In this document: one piece after another, positions 1 through 9,098 of the stretch
Layout: each line of letters begins with the position of its first letter
How positions within the stretch are numbered: the stretch's first letter is position 1
Assembly (NCBI GenBank): GCA_937868145.1
Contig: CALMMH010000636.1
Location: 1 to 28,163 of the forward strand
DNA from: an uncultured Phycisphaerales bacterium
GTDB lineage: Bacteria > Planctomycetota > Phycisphaerae > Sedimentisphaerales > Anaerobacaceae
DNA length: 28,163 bases
Reading direction: 5' to 3'
Translations under genes and position numbers: made by a program
The notes under the pieces: generated by a model
The model's database searches: none
What the model saw: only the letters and a program-made list of their open reading frames with translations
Told to the model about the DNA's origin: nothing

Positions 1-992
1 GCGCCGACTCCGAGGACCGCCACCGAAACCGAATCCGCGCTCGGCTGGGATTGACCGCCAAGGTCAGCGATGAGTGGAACCTCGGGTTCCGCATCGCCAC
101 CGGTCAAGGGGAAGTCTCGGGCGATCCAGTTTCCACAAATCAAACGTTTGATCAGGCGTTCTCAAAGAAACCGATCTGGCTGGATCTGGCGTTCTTCGGT
201 TATCGCCCGGAGTGGTTCAAGGGCTTCAACGTGATCGGCGGCAAGATGGAGAACCCGTTCTACAAGCCCGGCAAGAACCAACTGATTTGGGACGGCGACC
301 TGACGCCGGAGGGCGGTGCCCTGACCTACCTGCGCCCGTTCAACGACAAAACCAGCCTCAATCTGGCGGCAGGCGGCTTCTGGGTCAACGAGGAGTCCAG
401 CGGCGGCGACACGTCCCTCTGGGGTTTTCAGGGCTATCTCAAACACCAGATCGACAAGCCGACCTACATCCTCGGCGGCGCCGGCTGGTACGACTACGGC
501 AACATCCAGGGCGAGGAGAGTCTGGCGGACGAATGGGATGACGCGGGAGACGAATTCTTCGGCAATACCACGACGCCGGGGGATGTCTATGCTTCTGACT
601 ATGACCTGTTCGAACTCTTTGCCGAGTTCGGCACGGAGATCGCCAAGACCCCGGTGGCGGTCTTTGGGGACTACGTCCAGAACGCAGCGTCCGACGACGA
701 GGACACCGGCTGGCTCGTCGGCGTTCACGTCAACAAGCTTGAGGCCCCCGGCTCCTGGCAACTCGAGTGGGATTACCGGGACATCGAGCGGGACGCGGTC
801 GTCGGGCAGTTCAACGACTCGGATTTCATCGCCGGCGGCACCGGCGGGAAGGGGCACCGTTTCGCAGCCGGATATCTGCTTGCCAAGAATGTGACGCTGG
901 GTCTGATCTACTTCATGGCTGAATTCGACCGACCCGGAATTGAAGGCGAAGACTACGACCGAGTCCAGGCCGATGTGGCGTTCAAGTTCTGA
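1..992 (+). CDS. Putative outer-membrane porin, 5' partial (phosphate-locus associated)
   Basis: The frame is open from the window edge (ADSEDRHRNRIRARLGL...). Alternating aromatic beta-strand pattern and a C-terminal Phe (ADVAFKF). Sits directly upstream of pstS. Confidence 0.75.
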   Translation, partial: ADSEDRHRNRIRARLGLTAKVSDEWNLGFRIATGQGEVSGDPVSTNQTFDQAFSKKPIWLDLAFFGYRPEWFKGFNVIGGKMENPFYKPGKNQLIWDGDLTPEGGALTYLRPFNDKTSLNLAAGGFWVNEESSGGDTSLWGFQGYLKHQIDKPTYILGGAGWYDYGNIQGEESLADEWDDAGDEFFGNTTTPGDVYASDYDLFELFAEFGTEIAKTPVAVFGDYVQNAASDDEDTGWLVGVHVNKLEAPGSWQLEWDYRDIERDAVVGQFNDSDFIAGGTGGKGHRFAAGYLLAKNVTLGLIYFMAEFDRPGIEGEDYDRVQADVAFKF

Positions 993-1010
993 GCCGAAGA
1001 TATTCCCCGA

Positions 1011-1050
1011 TGTTAACGGAATCGTAACACGAAATTAATCCACACCTAAT
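1011..1050 (+). promoter_or_regulatory. Pho-box-like array of four direct repeats with 11-bp period
   Basis: TTAAC at 1013, GTAAC at 1024, TTAAT at 1035 and CTAAT at 1046, about 50 bp upstream of the pstS start. An 11-bp period is characteristic of OmpR/PhoB-family binding sites. Confidence 0.6.
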
Positions 1051-1099
1051 GGTTCTCAAGTAAACAACAAGAGTGAAGATCATAGAAAGGGACGTTCGT

Positions 1100-1915
1100 A
1101 TGAAGAAGATGATTGCGAGCATGATTGTGTCGGTCCTGACAATGGGCGTGGCGGCACACGCCCAGACGCTCCAGATCGACGGCTCCACGACGGTCGGACC
1201 GATCGCGGATGCGTTTGCCGAGTACTTCAAGAGCGTGCAGCCGGACCTGGCCATCACGGTGAAGAAGACCGGCAGCGGCGATGGGGCTGCGGCCCTGATC
1301 GACGGCCGGTGCGACATCGCGACCATGAGCCGATTCATGAAGCCGGAGGAATTCCAGAAGGCCGTGGCCGGCAACGTGCTGCCCGTCGCCCATGTCGTGG
1401 CGATGGACGGCGTGTGCATCGTGGTGCATCCGTCGAATCCGGTCAAAGCCCTGACGGGCGCCCAGGTCCGCGACATCTACACAGGCAAGATCGCCAACTG
1501 GAAAGAGGTCGGCGGCTCGGACACCCCGATCGTGGTCATCAGCCGGGACACGTCCTCGGGCACCTACGAGACCTTCGAAAGCCTGGTGATGAAGAAGCAG
1601 CCGATGGGTGCGGGCGTCGAGTACGTCAACGCCAATCCCCAGGCCCAGTCGCGAGTCCGCACCACGGCCGGCGCGATCGGGTACGTCGGGCTGGGATTCC
1701 TCGAAGGCGTCAAGGCCCTCTCGATCGACGGAATCTCGCCGACCCGGCAGACGGTGGCCAACGGCAGCTACCCGGTGACTCGGCCGTTGTTCCTGTTCAC
1801 CAACGGCTATCCCAAACTCGGCTCGGTGGTTCACAAGTTCGTCACCTTCCACCTGACCGAGAAAGGGCAGGAACTGATCGAATCCAAAGGCTTTGTGCCG
1901 CTGACCAATTATTGA
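1100..1915 (+). CDS. pstS: Phosphate ABC transporter substrate-binding protein
   Basis: Signal peptide, IDGSTTVGP, TGSGDG, SRDTSSGT and YPVTRPLFLFT motifs. SD-like AGAAAGGGA precedes the ATG at 1100. Confidence 0.95.
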   Translation: MKKMIASMIVSVLTMGVAAHAQTLQIDGSTTVGPIADAFAEYFKSVQPDLAITVKKTGSGDGAAALIDGRCDIATMSRFMKPEEFQKAVAGNVLPVAHVVAMDGVCIVVHPSNPVKALTGAQVRDIYTGKIANWKEVGGSDTPIVVISRDTSSGTYETFESLVMKKQPMGAGVEYVNANPQAQSRVRTTAGAIGYVGLGFLEGVKALSIDGISPTRQTVANGSYPVTRPLFLFTNGYPKLGSVVHKFVTFHLTEKGQELIESKGFVPLTNY

Positions 1916-1947
1916 CAATCGCACACGAGGAAGGACAACCAACCAGG

Positions 1948-2922
1948 ATGAGCAATGCCCAGATCAGTCTCACACTGGAGCCAGCGGCCGACACCCGTCG
2001 GCCGATGGCATTGACGCCCGGCGAGGATTTCAGGGGATATCTCGCCTCTCACCTCGGCCGGGCAGTCCTGTTTCTCATGACGTTTACCTCCGTCCTGGCG
2101 GTGCTGTTGATCCTGCTGTTCGTAATTCTCCGGTCCTTCTCTTTCTTGTCCGGCTACAGTCTCGTCGAGTTTCTGGCGAGCCGCGATTGGCGTCCGACGG
2201 CGGAGAGCCCGGTCTTCGGTTCCCTGGCGATCATCGTCGGGTCGCTGTACGTGTCCTTCGCCGCCCTGCTGTTTGCGGTGCCCCTGGGCGTCCTGGCGGC
2301 GGTGTTCCTCAGCGATATCCTCTCCTGGAAGGCCCGGAACGTCGTCAAACCGGTGGTCGAGATCCTGGCCGCGATTCCGTCGGTGGCCTACGGCTTCTTT
2401 GCAGTCCTGGTCCTGGCGCCCTGGATGCAGAAGCATCTGGGCCTGAGCACCGGGACCAACGCCCTGAACGCCTCGCTGATCCTGGCGATCATGGCGCTGC
2501 CGACGATCATCAGCGTGGCGGAGGACTCGATCTCCGCCATCGGGAGGGAGCTTCGCGAGGCTTCGTACAGTTGCGGCGCGACCCGCATGGAGACGATGAT
2601 CAAAGTGATAATCCCGGCGGCGCACAGCGGCATCATCGCGGCGGTGGTCCTGGGCATGATGCGGGCGATCGGCGAGACGATGGTCGTCTGGATGGCTTCG
2701 GGAAACGCGACCCAGATCCCGCACCCCTGGTGGGACGTTTCCCAATCGATCCGCACGATGACCGCGACGATCGCGGGCGAAATGGGCGAAGCGCCGGAAG
2801 ACTCCGAGCATCGCGGCGCGTTGTTCGCCATCGGCGTGCTGTTGTTGATCCTGACATTCAGTCTGAACATCGTCAGCGAGTACTTCCTCTCGCGGGCCAA
2901 GAAAGCGACGGGCAAGACATAG
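1948..2922 (+). CDS. pstC: Phosphate ABC transporter permease PstC
   Basis: VEILAAIPSVAYG, EASYSCGATRMET (EAA loop) and MRAIGETM motifs. The start is placed at the ATG at 1948, within the 1309..2922 ORF. Confidence 0.93.
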   Translation: MSNAQISLTLEPAADTRRPMALTPGEDFRGYLASHLGRAVLFLMTFTSVLAVLLILLFVILRSFSFLSGYSLVEFLASRDWRPTAESPVFGSLAIIVGSLYVSFAALLFAVPLGVLAAVFLSDILSWKARNVVKPVVEILAAIPSVAYGFFAVLVLAPWMQKHLGLSTGTNALNASLILAIMALPTIISVAEDSISAIGRELREASYSCGATRMETMIKVIIPAAHSGIIAAVVLGMMRAIGETMVVWMASGNATQIPHPWWDVSQSIRTMTATIAGEMGEAPEDSEHRGALFAIGVLLLILTFSLNIVSEYFLSRAKKATGKT

Positions 2923-2923
2923 C

Positions 2924-4564
2924 ATGAACCTCAGGATTCGCGGCACACTCGACCGATTCTTCACCGCAGCCACGGGACTGTCCGTCGTCCTGCTGATGCT
3001 GGTCCTCGTCGCCATTCTGGGGCCCATGCTCTATCGCGGCAGCAACGCGGTCTTTTTCCAGGGCACGGTCGAGTTTCGCAAGATGCAGCGGGACCTCTTC
3101 AGACGGTCCGATGAAGCGACCCTGAACGCCGAGATCGCCGAGACGGAGGTCTTCCACCGGCGAATCAGCGAGATGATTGACGAGTTCCGCAAAGGCGTCG
3201 ACATCGAGGCGATGTCGAGCCAGGTCCGGGACATCCATCGCACATTCGGCCAAGAACTGCGGGCCAAGGCTGTCGCCGACGACCGGTACACCGAATTGCG
3301 GAACCTGACGCGCGACATTCGGGACAGCCTGGAAGCCGCCTTCGCCAAACAGGACATCCGGGAGATCCGCCCCCTCCTCGATGGCGTCCTTCTGCACGCG
3401 GAGAATCCCGCCTTCCAGGGCACCGCCGCCGAGAAGTTCTTCGAGATTGCCCGCAGCTTTCTTGCGACGGCCGAAACGGTGGATCTGAACCATCAGCAAG
3501 AGTACGCCGCGGCGTTGCGGGAGCTGCAAGGTATTCTCTTTCACACGCAGGATCTGCCCGGCCTGCTGGGTCCGCGTCCCGACGAGCCACAACCGTTGCT
3601 GGTGATGCTGCGCTACGGAGCAACGCGATGGGACCAGGCACAGCAACTGCTCGACCGCTTCTTCTGGGTCGAGGAATGGGTCGAAGAGAAACCGGGCGAG
3701 CCGCTGGTGATGCGTAAAGAACCTCGGGCGGATCTCTTCCCGGAAACGCTGGGACCCTTGTTCGCCTATGTCCAAGAGAACGCCGACAAGATGCTCAAGC
3801 CGAAGTTCACCGCCTACTGGCAGTTCTTCCTCGACGACAATTTCAACAGCCACTACTTCGGCGGAGTCGGTCCCGAGATCCTGGGCACCCTGTTCATCAC
3901 ACTCGTCGGCATGCTGTTCGTGATTCCGTTCGGCATCGTCTCGGCCGCCTACCTCGTCGAGTGCGCCACGGACGGGCAGGTGATCCGAATCATCCGCATG
4001 TGCATCAACACGCTGGCCGGGGTTCCGAGCATCGTCTTCGGGTTGTTCGGCCTGGCGTTTTTCGTGCTGTTCTTGTTCCCCCTGCTGGGTTTCGAGCCCA
4101 AGCCGTGCATCCTCGCGGCGTCCATGACGCTGGCGGTCCTGACGCTGCCGGTGATGATTCGCGCCAGCGAAGAGGCCATTCGCGCGGTCCCGCGACACTA
4201 CAAGGAAGGGGCGCTGGCCCTGGGCGCCAGCCGGTTTCACACGTTCGTGACCATCACGTTGCCGGCGGCGTTGCCGGGCATCCTCACGGGAGTCATCCTC
4301 AGTCTGAGCCGAATCGCCGGCGAGACCGCGCCGATCCTCTTCACCGGCGCAGTCTCCATGGGCGACGTGCCCCGCTCGGTCTTCGATCCGACGCGAACCC
4401 TCTCCTACGGAAGCTACGACATGGCCGTGGGCGACCGCCTGGCGATGATGGTGCCGCACAATCAGTACGGCATGGTCGTCACGCTCGTGGCGCTCATTCT
4501 GATCCTGAACACGGTGGCCATCGTGCTGCGAACCCGTGTGTATAGGAAGCTCCGAGGGCAATGA
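2924..4564 (+). CDS. pstA: Phosphate ABC transporter permease PstA with a large N-terminal soluble insertion
   Basis: C-terminal core with LAGVPSIVFGLFG, EGALALGASRF and LSRIAGETAP. About 275 extra hydrophilic residues follow the first TM segment. Confidence 0.9.
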   Translation: MNLRIRGTLDRFFTAATGLSVVLLMLVLVAILGPMLYRGSNAVFFQGTVEFRKMQRDLFRRSDEATLNAEIAETEVFHRRISEMIDEFRKGVDIEAMSSQVRDIHRTFGQELRAKAVADDRYTELRNLTRDIRDSLEAAFAKQDIREIRPLLDGVLLHAENPAFQGTAAEKFFEIARSFLATAETVDLNHQQEYAAALRELQGILFHTQDLPGLLGPRPDEPQPLLVMLRYGATRWDQAQQLLDRFFWVEEWVEEKPGEPLVMRKEPRADLFPETLGPLFAYVQENADKMLKPKFTAYWQFFLDDNFNSHYFGGVGPEILGTLFITLVGMLFVIPFGIVSAAYLVECATDGQVIRIIRMCINTLAGVPSIVFGLFGLAFFVLFLFPLLGFEPKPCILAASMTLAVLTLPVMIRASEEAIRAVPRHYKEGALALGASRFHTFVTITLPAALPGILTGVILSLSRIAGETAPILFTGAVSMGDVPRSVFDPTRTLSYGSYDMAVGDRLAMMVPHNQYGMVVTLVALILILNTVAIVLRTRVYRKLRGQ

Positions 4565-4597
4565 GCCTGGAGCCCAAGGCCGGAAGGAATCATCGAA

Positions 4598-5476
4598 ATG
4601 CCACAAGAGAGCGACGATATGCAGACGACAGCAGACTCCATCAGAAAGTCCAATATCCGAACCACACTCGCCGTAAGCAACAAGAGAACGCCAGCGGCCG
4701 CGATGACGGCCGAAGCTTGCGAGTGCGCGGTGATCCGATCGAAGAACTTCAGCCTTTATTACGGCTCGAAGGCGGGCGTCAAGAACATCACGATGGACAT
4801 CTACCCATGTTCCGTCACGGCGATCATCGGTCCCAGCGGCTGCGGCAAGAGCACTTTCCTGCGAAGCATCAACCGGATGAACGACCTGATCCCGCACGTG
4901 CGAACCGAGGGCCGGCTGGCGGTGGATGGCCACGACATCTACGACAAGCGAACGAATCTCGTGAACCTCCGCCAGCAGGTGGGCATGGTGTTCCAGAAGC
5001 CGAATCCCTTCCCCAAGAGCATCTTCGACAATGTCGCCTACGGCCCGAATTTGCAGGGAGTCCGGCGCAAGGACGAACTCCAGCACATCGTCGAGCAGAG
5101 TCTCCGAGGCGCCGCTCTCTGGGACGAGGTCAAGGACGATCTGAAGAAATCCGCCCTGGCCCTCTCCGGCGGTCAGCAGCAAAGGCTGTGCATCGCAAGG
5201 GCCCTGGCCACAAGGCCGCGGGTGCTCCTGATGGACGAGCCCTGCTCGGCGCTCGACCCGATCGCAACGGGCCGGATCGAGGACCTCATGGGCCAGCTCC
5301 AGAGCACCTACACCATCGTGATCGTCACACACAACATGCAACAGGCGGCCAGGGTCAGCGAACGGGCCGCCTTTTTCTGCCTGGGCGAGCTGATCGAATA
5401 CGATCATACCTCCAAGATCTTCAGCAACCCCGGCAAGAAGGAGACGGAAGACTATGTTACAGGTCGGTTCGGCTGA
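4598..5476 (+). CDS. pstB: Phosphate ABC transporter ATP-binding protein
   Basis: Walker [19 protein letters not shown], signature LSGGQQQRL, Walker B LLMDEP and the C-terminal [10 protein letters not shown]. The start codon is uncertain. Confidence 0.95.
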   Translation: MPQESDDMQTTADSIRKSNIRTTLAVSNKRTPAAAMTAEACECAVIRSKNFSLYYGSKAGVKNITMDIYPCSVTAIIGPSGCGKSTFLRSINRMNDLIPHVRTEGRLAVDGHDIYDKRTNLVNLRQQVGMVFQKPNPFPKSIFDNVAYGPNLQGVRRKDELQHIVEQSLRGAALWDEVKDDLKKSALALSGGQQQRLCIARALATRPRVLLMDEPCSALDPIATGRIEDLMGQLQSTYTIVIVTHNMQQAARVSERAAFFCLGELIEYDHTSKIFSNPGKKETEDYVTGRFG

Positions 5477-5597
5477 TCCAGTTTCACAGCACGGTGATCG
5501 CCGACAAACCCGGCCAGGTCCTCTTCAGAAACAAGCAATACTTCTGCCCCATCGGCCGGGATTCCGAGCCCAATGACTGACGGAAAGGTACCTCGCT

Positions 5598-6317
5598 ATG
5601 CCTGTGCATCTGGCCAGAGAAATCGAGAATCTCAAGAAATCAATCCTCACGTTGGGCGCGATGGCTGAGCAGGCCGTGTATGAGGCGACCTCCGCCATTG
5701 AGAATCGCGACGAGTCCCTGGCCCGGCATGTGATCGAGAACGATGTCTCCCTCGATGAGACGGAGGTCCGGATCGAGGAAGACTGCCTCAAGACCCTTGC
5801 CCTTCATCAGCCGGTCGCGATCGATTTGCGGTTCATCGTTGCGGTTCTCAAGATCAACAGCGACCTGGAACGCGTCGGCGACCTGGCCGTAAACGTGGCC
5901 GAGAGGGCCGCATTCCTGGCTACGCAGCCCTCGGTCGACCTCGTATTCGACTTCCGGGCGATGGCCCGAAAAACCCAGGACATGCTCAAACAAAGCCTCG
6001 ATTCCCTGGTGAATCTCAGTGCGGACCGGGCACGCCAGGTGCTCCGGAGCGACGACGAGATCGATGCCATGAATCGCAGGACGTATCGAATCGTCCAGGA
6101 AGCCATCCATGCCCATCCGAATCAGACCGAGCTGTTCATCCACATGCTCTCGGCGGCCAGACATCTCGAACGAATCGCCGATCACGCGACCAATATCGCC
6201 GAGGACGTGATCTACATGATCGAAGGGGTGATTGTCCGACACAACCATTCGCGATTGGATCGGAGGACTCAGAACCTATCGCACGTCCAGGATCCGGACC
6301 GCGAGTTCCTCGACTGA
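5598..6317 (+). CDS. phoU: Phosphate signalling complex protein PhoU
   Basis: Two repeats, QPVAIDLR...DLERVGD and ARHLERIADHATNIAEDVIY. Last gene of the pst run. Confidence 0.95.
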   Translation: MPVHLAREIENLKKSILTLGAMAEQAVYEATSAIENRDESLARHVIENDVSLDETEVRIEEDCLKTLALHQPVAIDLRFIVAVLKINSDLERVGDLAVNVAERAAFLATQPSVDLVFDFRAMARKTQDMLKQSLDSLVNLSADRARQVLRSDDEIDAMNRRTYRIVQEAIHAHPNQTELFIHMLSAARHLERIADHATNIAEDVIYMIEGVIVRHNHSRLDRRTQNLSHVQDPDREFLD

Positions 6318-6444
6318 GGAGCGAGGCGATGCTCGTCGCGTCCGTAAAGGGCACGTGTTGCAGAGAATGGATTCTCCTACGGATTGGCCACCCTTTCTGT
6401 ATCCGGGCTTTCACCGGCTCCCATGTCCCGGCCGGCAACGCCGT

Positions 6445-6750
6445 CTACGAGTCCATCAAGAACTCCGTCGCGGGTTCTCCCGCTTCGAGCGCATCGAGCA
6501 CGGCTTCCGCCTTCTGTTCGGTCATTTCGCCATACCACCAGCCGGCCGGGTAGACGACCATCGCCGGGCCGCGCGTGCACACCTTCAGGCAGCCGGTGCT
6601 GGAGACCTGGGCGTCCAGGCCGCGATTGATGATTTCCTCTTCGAGGTATTGAAGCAGGTCCCTGGCTCCCTTTTTGTTGCAGACGCCCTGGGGTTCTCCC
6701 GTGAGACGAAAACTGTTGCAGACAAAGATGTGATACTGAGGTTTAGCCAT
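6445..6750 (-). CDS. Thioredoxin-like [2Fe-2S] ferredoxin (nif-associated type)
   Basis: Cys11, Cys24, Cys54 and Cys58, with HIFVC and GCLKVCTRGPAMVVYP. This resembles the Clostridium pasteurianum-type 2Fe-2S ferredoxin. SD AGGAGAG. Confidence 0.88.
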   Translation of the reverse strand: MAKPQYHIFVCNSFRLTGEPQGVCNKKGARDLLQYLEEEIINRGLDAQVSSTGCLKVCTRGPAMVVYPAGWWYGEMTEQKAEAVLDALEAGEPATEFLMDS

Positions 6751-8107
6751 GTTGCTCTCCTGTCATGGGGACGGTTGCCGGACAGGCGGGACGCCTGCTT
6801 TCCGCAAAGAGCATCACTCCCGCGCATCCGATCAGACCGACCAGAAAACTGTAAAGATAACAGCTCATGTAATCGACCTGACGGGGTCCGCCGGAAAAAA
6901 CATGGACGAGATGCACCCATAGCCCCATCAGATTCGTATTGACGAATTGCACGCAGCCGGCGACGAGCAGGAACCCTGAATTCATGAAGCCCTTCCTCGC
7001 CGGATCGATCTGATCGAACAGGAAGGGCCACAGGGCCAGCAGAGCCGTGCGGTCGAACACCGCGTCGGCCACGTTGAAGACGACGATGGCCGAGACGGGC
7101 GGGACGCCCTGCGGCGCGACATACTTGACGTACCCCCAGAAGACCGCCGGGTGCAGCGTGGACAGCAGAAGACAACCGGCAAAGAGTTTGAATTTGTCCA
7201 CACGGTCGATGAACACCGCCAGCAGCGGCAGGACCAGAACCGTGTTGATCAGCATGGTCGTCCCGTGCATGTTTCCGAGCATATGTTTGGTGTAGCCGAA
7301 CTGCTCGGTGATCAGCAGAGGCCGTAGATTCATCGGCTGCGTGGCCATCAAAACAGAACTGACGACCAGAATGCACAGCAGGCGGTTCTGGCGCATCAGG
7401 AACATCTGACGCAGATACGCCGCCAGACCCATGCGTTCTCTGCTCTCGCAGGGTCGCGGGCGTTCCCGGACGAAGAGCAACACGATGCAAAGAGAGACAA
7501 CCACGAGAACCGCAGCCGAGAAGTAGATGACCTGTTCTCCCGTCAGGCTGGCCCACCGAGATTTCGACAAGGCCGCAGACGCCATCTTGGCGCCCACGTT
7601 CTCGTCGAACCGGCCGATCAGGAAGAACATGAAGACGAATCGCGCGGCGATCGAGGCGTAGCGGTTGATGACCATCGCCCGGCCTCGTTGCTCCGTGGGC
7701 ACCAGGTCGAAGTAGAGCGGATTCCACGGCCCGGTGTAACCCAGATCGACCGCAAACTGATACATCACGATCACCGCGATCAGCGTGACGAGATTGGACG
7801 TGCCCGGGATCAGGACCAGCGAGACCGCCAGGAAGGCGAAGCCCGCCGCGATAAAGGTTTTTCTGCGGCCCAGGAACGTCCGCACGGAATCGCTGCGGTA
7901 CGCAACCCAGGGCGCGATGACCACCGCGAACAGGCTGTTGAGGCTCCCGATGCAGAGAATCCAGGCGGGGTTGCTGATGTATTTCTTGAGCGTGAACGTC
8001 AGCGCCGTGCCGCTGCACTTCTCGACGAACGCGAACGTCGCCACCGGGATGCTCAACAGCACCAGCCAACCCCAAGGAATTCGTTTCTGTCCTGCATGAA
8101 TCGGCAT
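6743..8107 (-). CDS. MFS transporter
   Basis: About 12 hydrophobic segments. Loop motifs SDSVRTFLGRRKTF, LYFDLVPTEQRGRA and IDRVDKFK. The stop overlaps the ferredoxin start by 8 nt. Confidence 0.85.
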   Translation of the reverse strand: MPIHAGQKRIPWGWLVLLSIPVATFAFVEKCSGTALTFTLKKYISNPAWILCIGSLNSLFAVVIAPWVAYRSDSVRTFLGRRKTFIAAGFAFLAVSLVLIPGTSNLVTLIAVIVMYQFAVDLGYTGPWNPLYFDLVPTEQRGRAMVINRYASIAARFVFMFFLIGRFDENVGAKMASAALSKSRWASLTGEQVIYFSAAVLVVVSLCIVLLFVRERPRPCESRERMGLAAYLRQMFLMRQNRLLCILVVSSVLMATQPMNLRPLLITEQFGYTKHMLGNMHGTTMLINTVLVLPLLAVFIDRVDKFKLFAGCLLLSTLHPAVFWGYVKYVAPQGVPPVSAIVVFNVADAVFDRTALLALWPFLFDQIDPARKGFMNSGFLLVAGCVQFVNTNLMGLWVHLVHVFSGGPRQVDYMSCYLYSFLVGLIGCAGVMLFAESRRPACPATVPMTGEQHG

Positions 8108-8114
8108 GGCGTTC

Positions 8115-9074
8115 TCATTCGACCGTGGTCGGCTGGGTCTCGGACGGTTCCCAGTATGTCATGAATTCGATAAGGTCCTGGAGGTCGATGACGCCGTCGC
8201 CGCCCAGCGGCACGATGTCTCCGACCAGGCCGTCTCCGGTTTCCTGCCAGTGATCGACGATGCAGGACAGGTCGGCCGAGTCGATCCTTCCGTTCGAGTC
8301 GAAATCGACCGCGCCGGCCGCCAGGGTGGTCTCGACCTCCAGGTACGGTCCTGTGTCCCGGATCGTATAGGTTCCGTTCTTGTTGCACTGGACATAGGCG
8401 CGAATGTTGAAGCACGCGCCGCTGTTCAGGGGAGCGTGGAGCATGAACGTCACGATCTCGTCGTTCTCGATCGCGACGACCAGTCCGGCATAATTCGGGT
8501 CCGTCAGATCGAGCTCGAAAGCAAACCAGTTCTCTCCCGCCGAGTAGGGATGTCTCGCATCATAGTGGAGCGTTTCAAGATACGTGGGAGTCGTGCTGTC
8601 CAACAGGGACACAAGCTCTGTGTAGGTAATCCCGACGTCCGGGCCGGCCGTCACGCTGGGGGTTCCGTAACCCTGCTGCCAATCGTTCGAGATCCACAAC
8701 AGATCGAAGTCGCCGGGGCTTCCCAGGTAGTTGAAGGCTCCGTTGGCCGACTGGTTGCCGCTGGTGATCGCCAGTTTCAACGTCATCCGGGAAAGCGTCG
8801 TGCCCTTGCAGAGAGAGGCGTCGAACTTCAGCAACGTGATGAACTCCCCCTTGGGCTGATGATCGATTCCCTCATTCGGGTCATAGGCCCGCGCGGTCGA
8901 GGAAGACACGCACAGGGAGCCCGACCCGCCGAAGTTCCGATCGTTGGCGTCGGGCAACGGAGACCCGACGCCCGGACTGAGCACGAACGTGTTGTTGACG
9001 GGACGCAACGAGCCGGTGACCGCGAAGCCCCGAACCGCCGGCAACAACAGAACTGCAATCAATGCTCTTCTCAT
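8115..9074 (-). CDS. Secreted protein with DNRLRE/CBM96-like domain and C-terminal dockerin/EF-hand-like repeats
   Basis: Signal-like N-terminus and strong SD (AAGGAGG). NTFV...DRNFGGSGSLCV...LLKFD pattern. Ca-loop repeats DFDSNGRIDSADL and DGVIDLQDL. The domain names are assigned from motif resemblance only. Confidence 0.65.
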   Translation of the reverse strand: MRRALIAVLLLPAVRGFAVTGSLRPVNNTFVLSPGVGSPLPDANDRNFGGSGSLCVSSSTARAYDPNEGIDHQPKGEFITLLKFDASLCKGTTLSRMTLKLAITSGNQSANGAFNYLGSPGDFDLLWISNDWQQGYGTPSVTAGPDVGITYTELVSLLDSTTPTYLETLHYDARHPYSAGENWFAFELDLTDPNYAGLVVAIENDEIVTFMLHAPLNSGACFNIRAYVQCNKNGTYTIRDTGPYLEVETTLAAGAVDFDSNGRIDSADLSCIVDHWQETGDGLVGDIVPLGGDGVIDLQDLIEFMTYWEPSETQPTTVE

Positions 9075-9098
9075 GGATTCCTCCTTCTTCGCTCCCGA

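Noticed and set aside
1309-1947. N-terminal extension of the 537-aa pstC ORF
   Set aside because: Out-of-frame overlap with pstS. The real start is near 1948.
2873-5407. 844-aa minus-strand ORF
   Set aside because: Antisense shadow of pstA and pstB in GC-rich DNA, with no recognisable motifs.
6318-6444. Att site or terminator at the phoU-ferredoxin boundary
   Set aside because: No copy of the tRNA-Ser 3' end and no convincing hairpin with a U-tract were seen.
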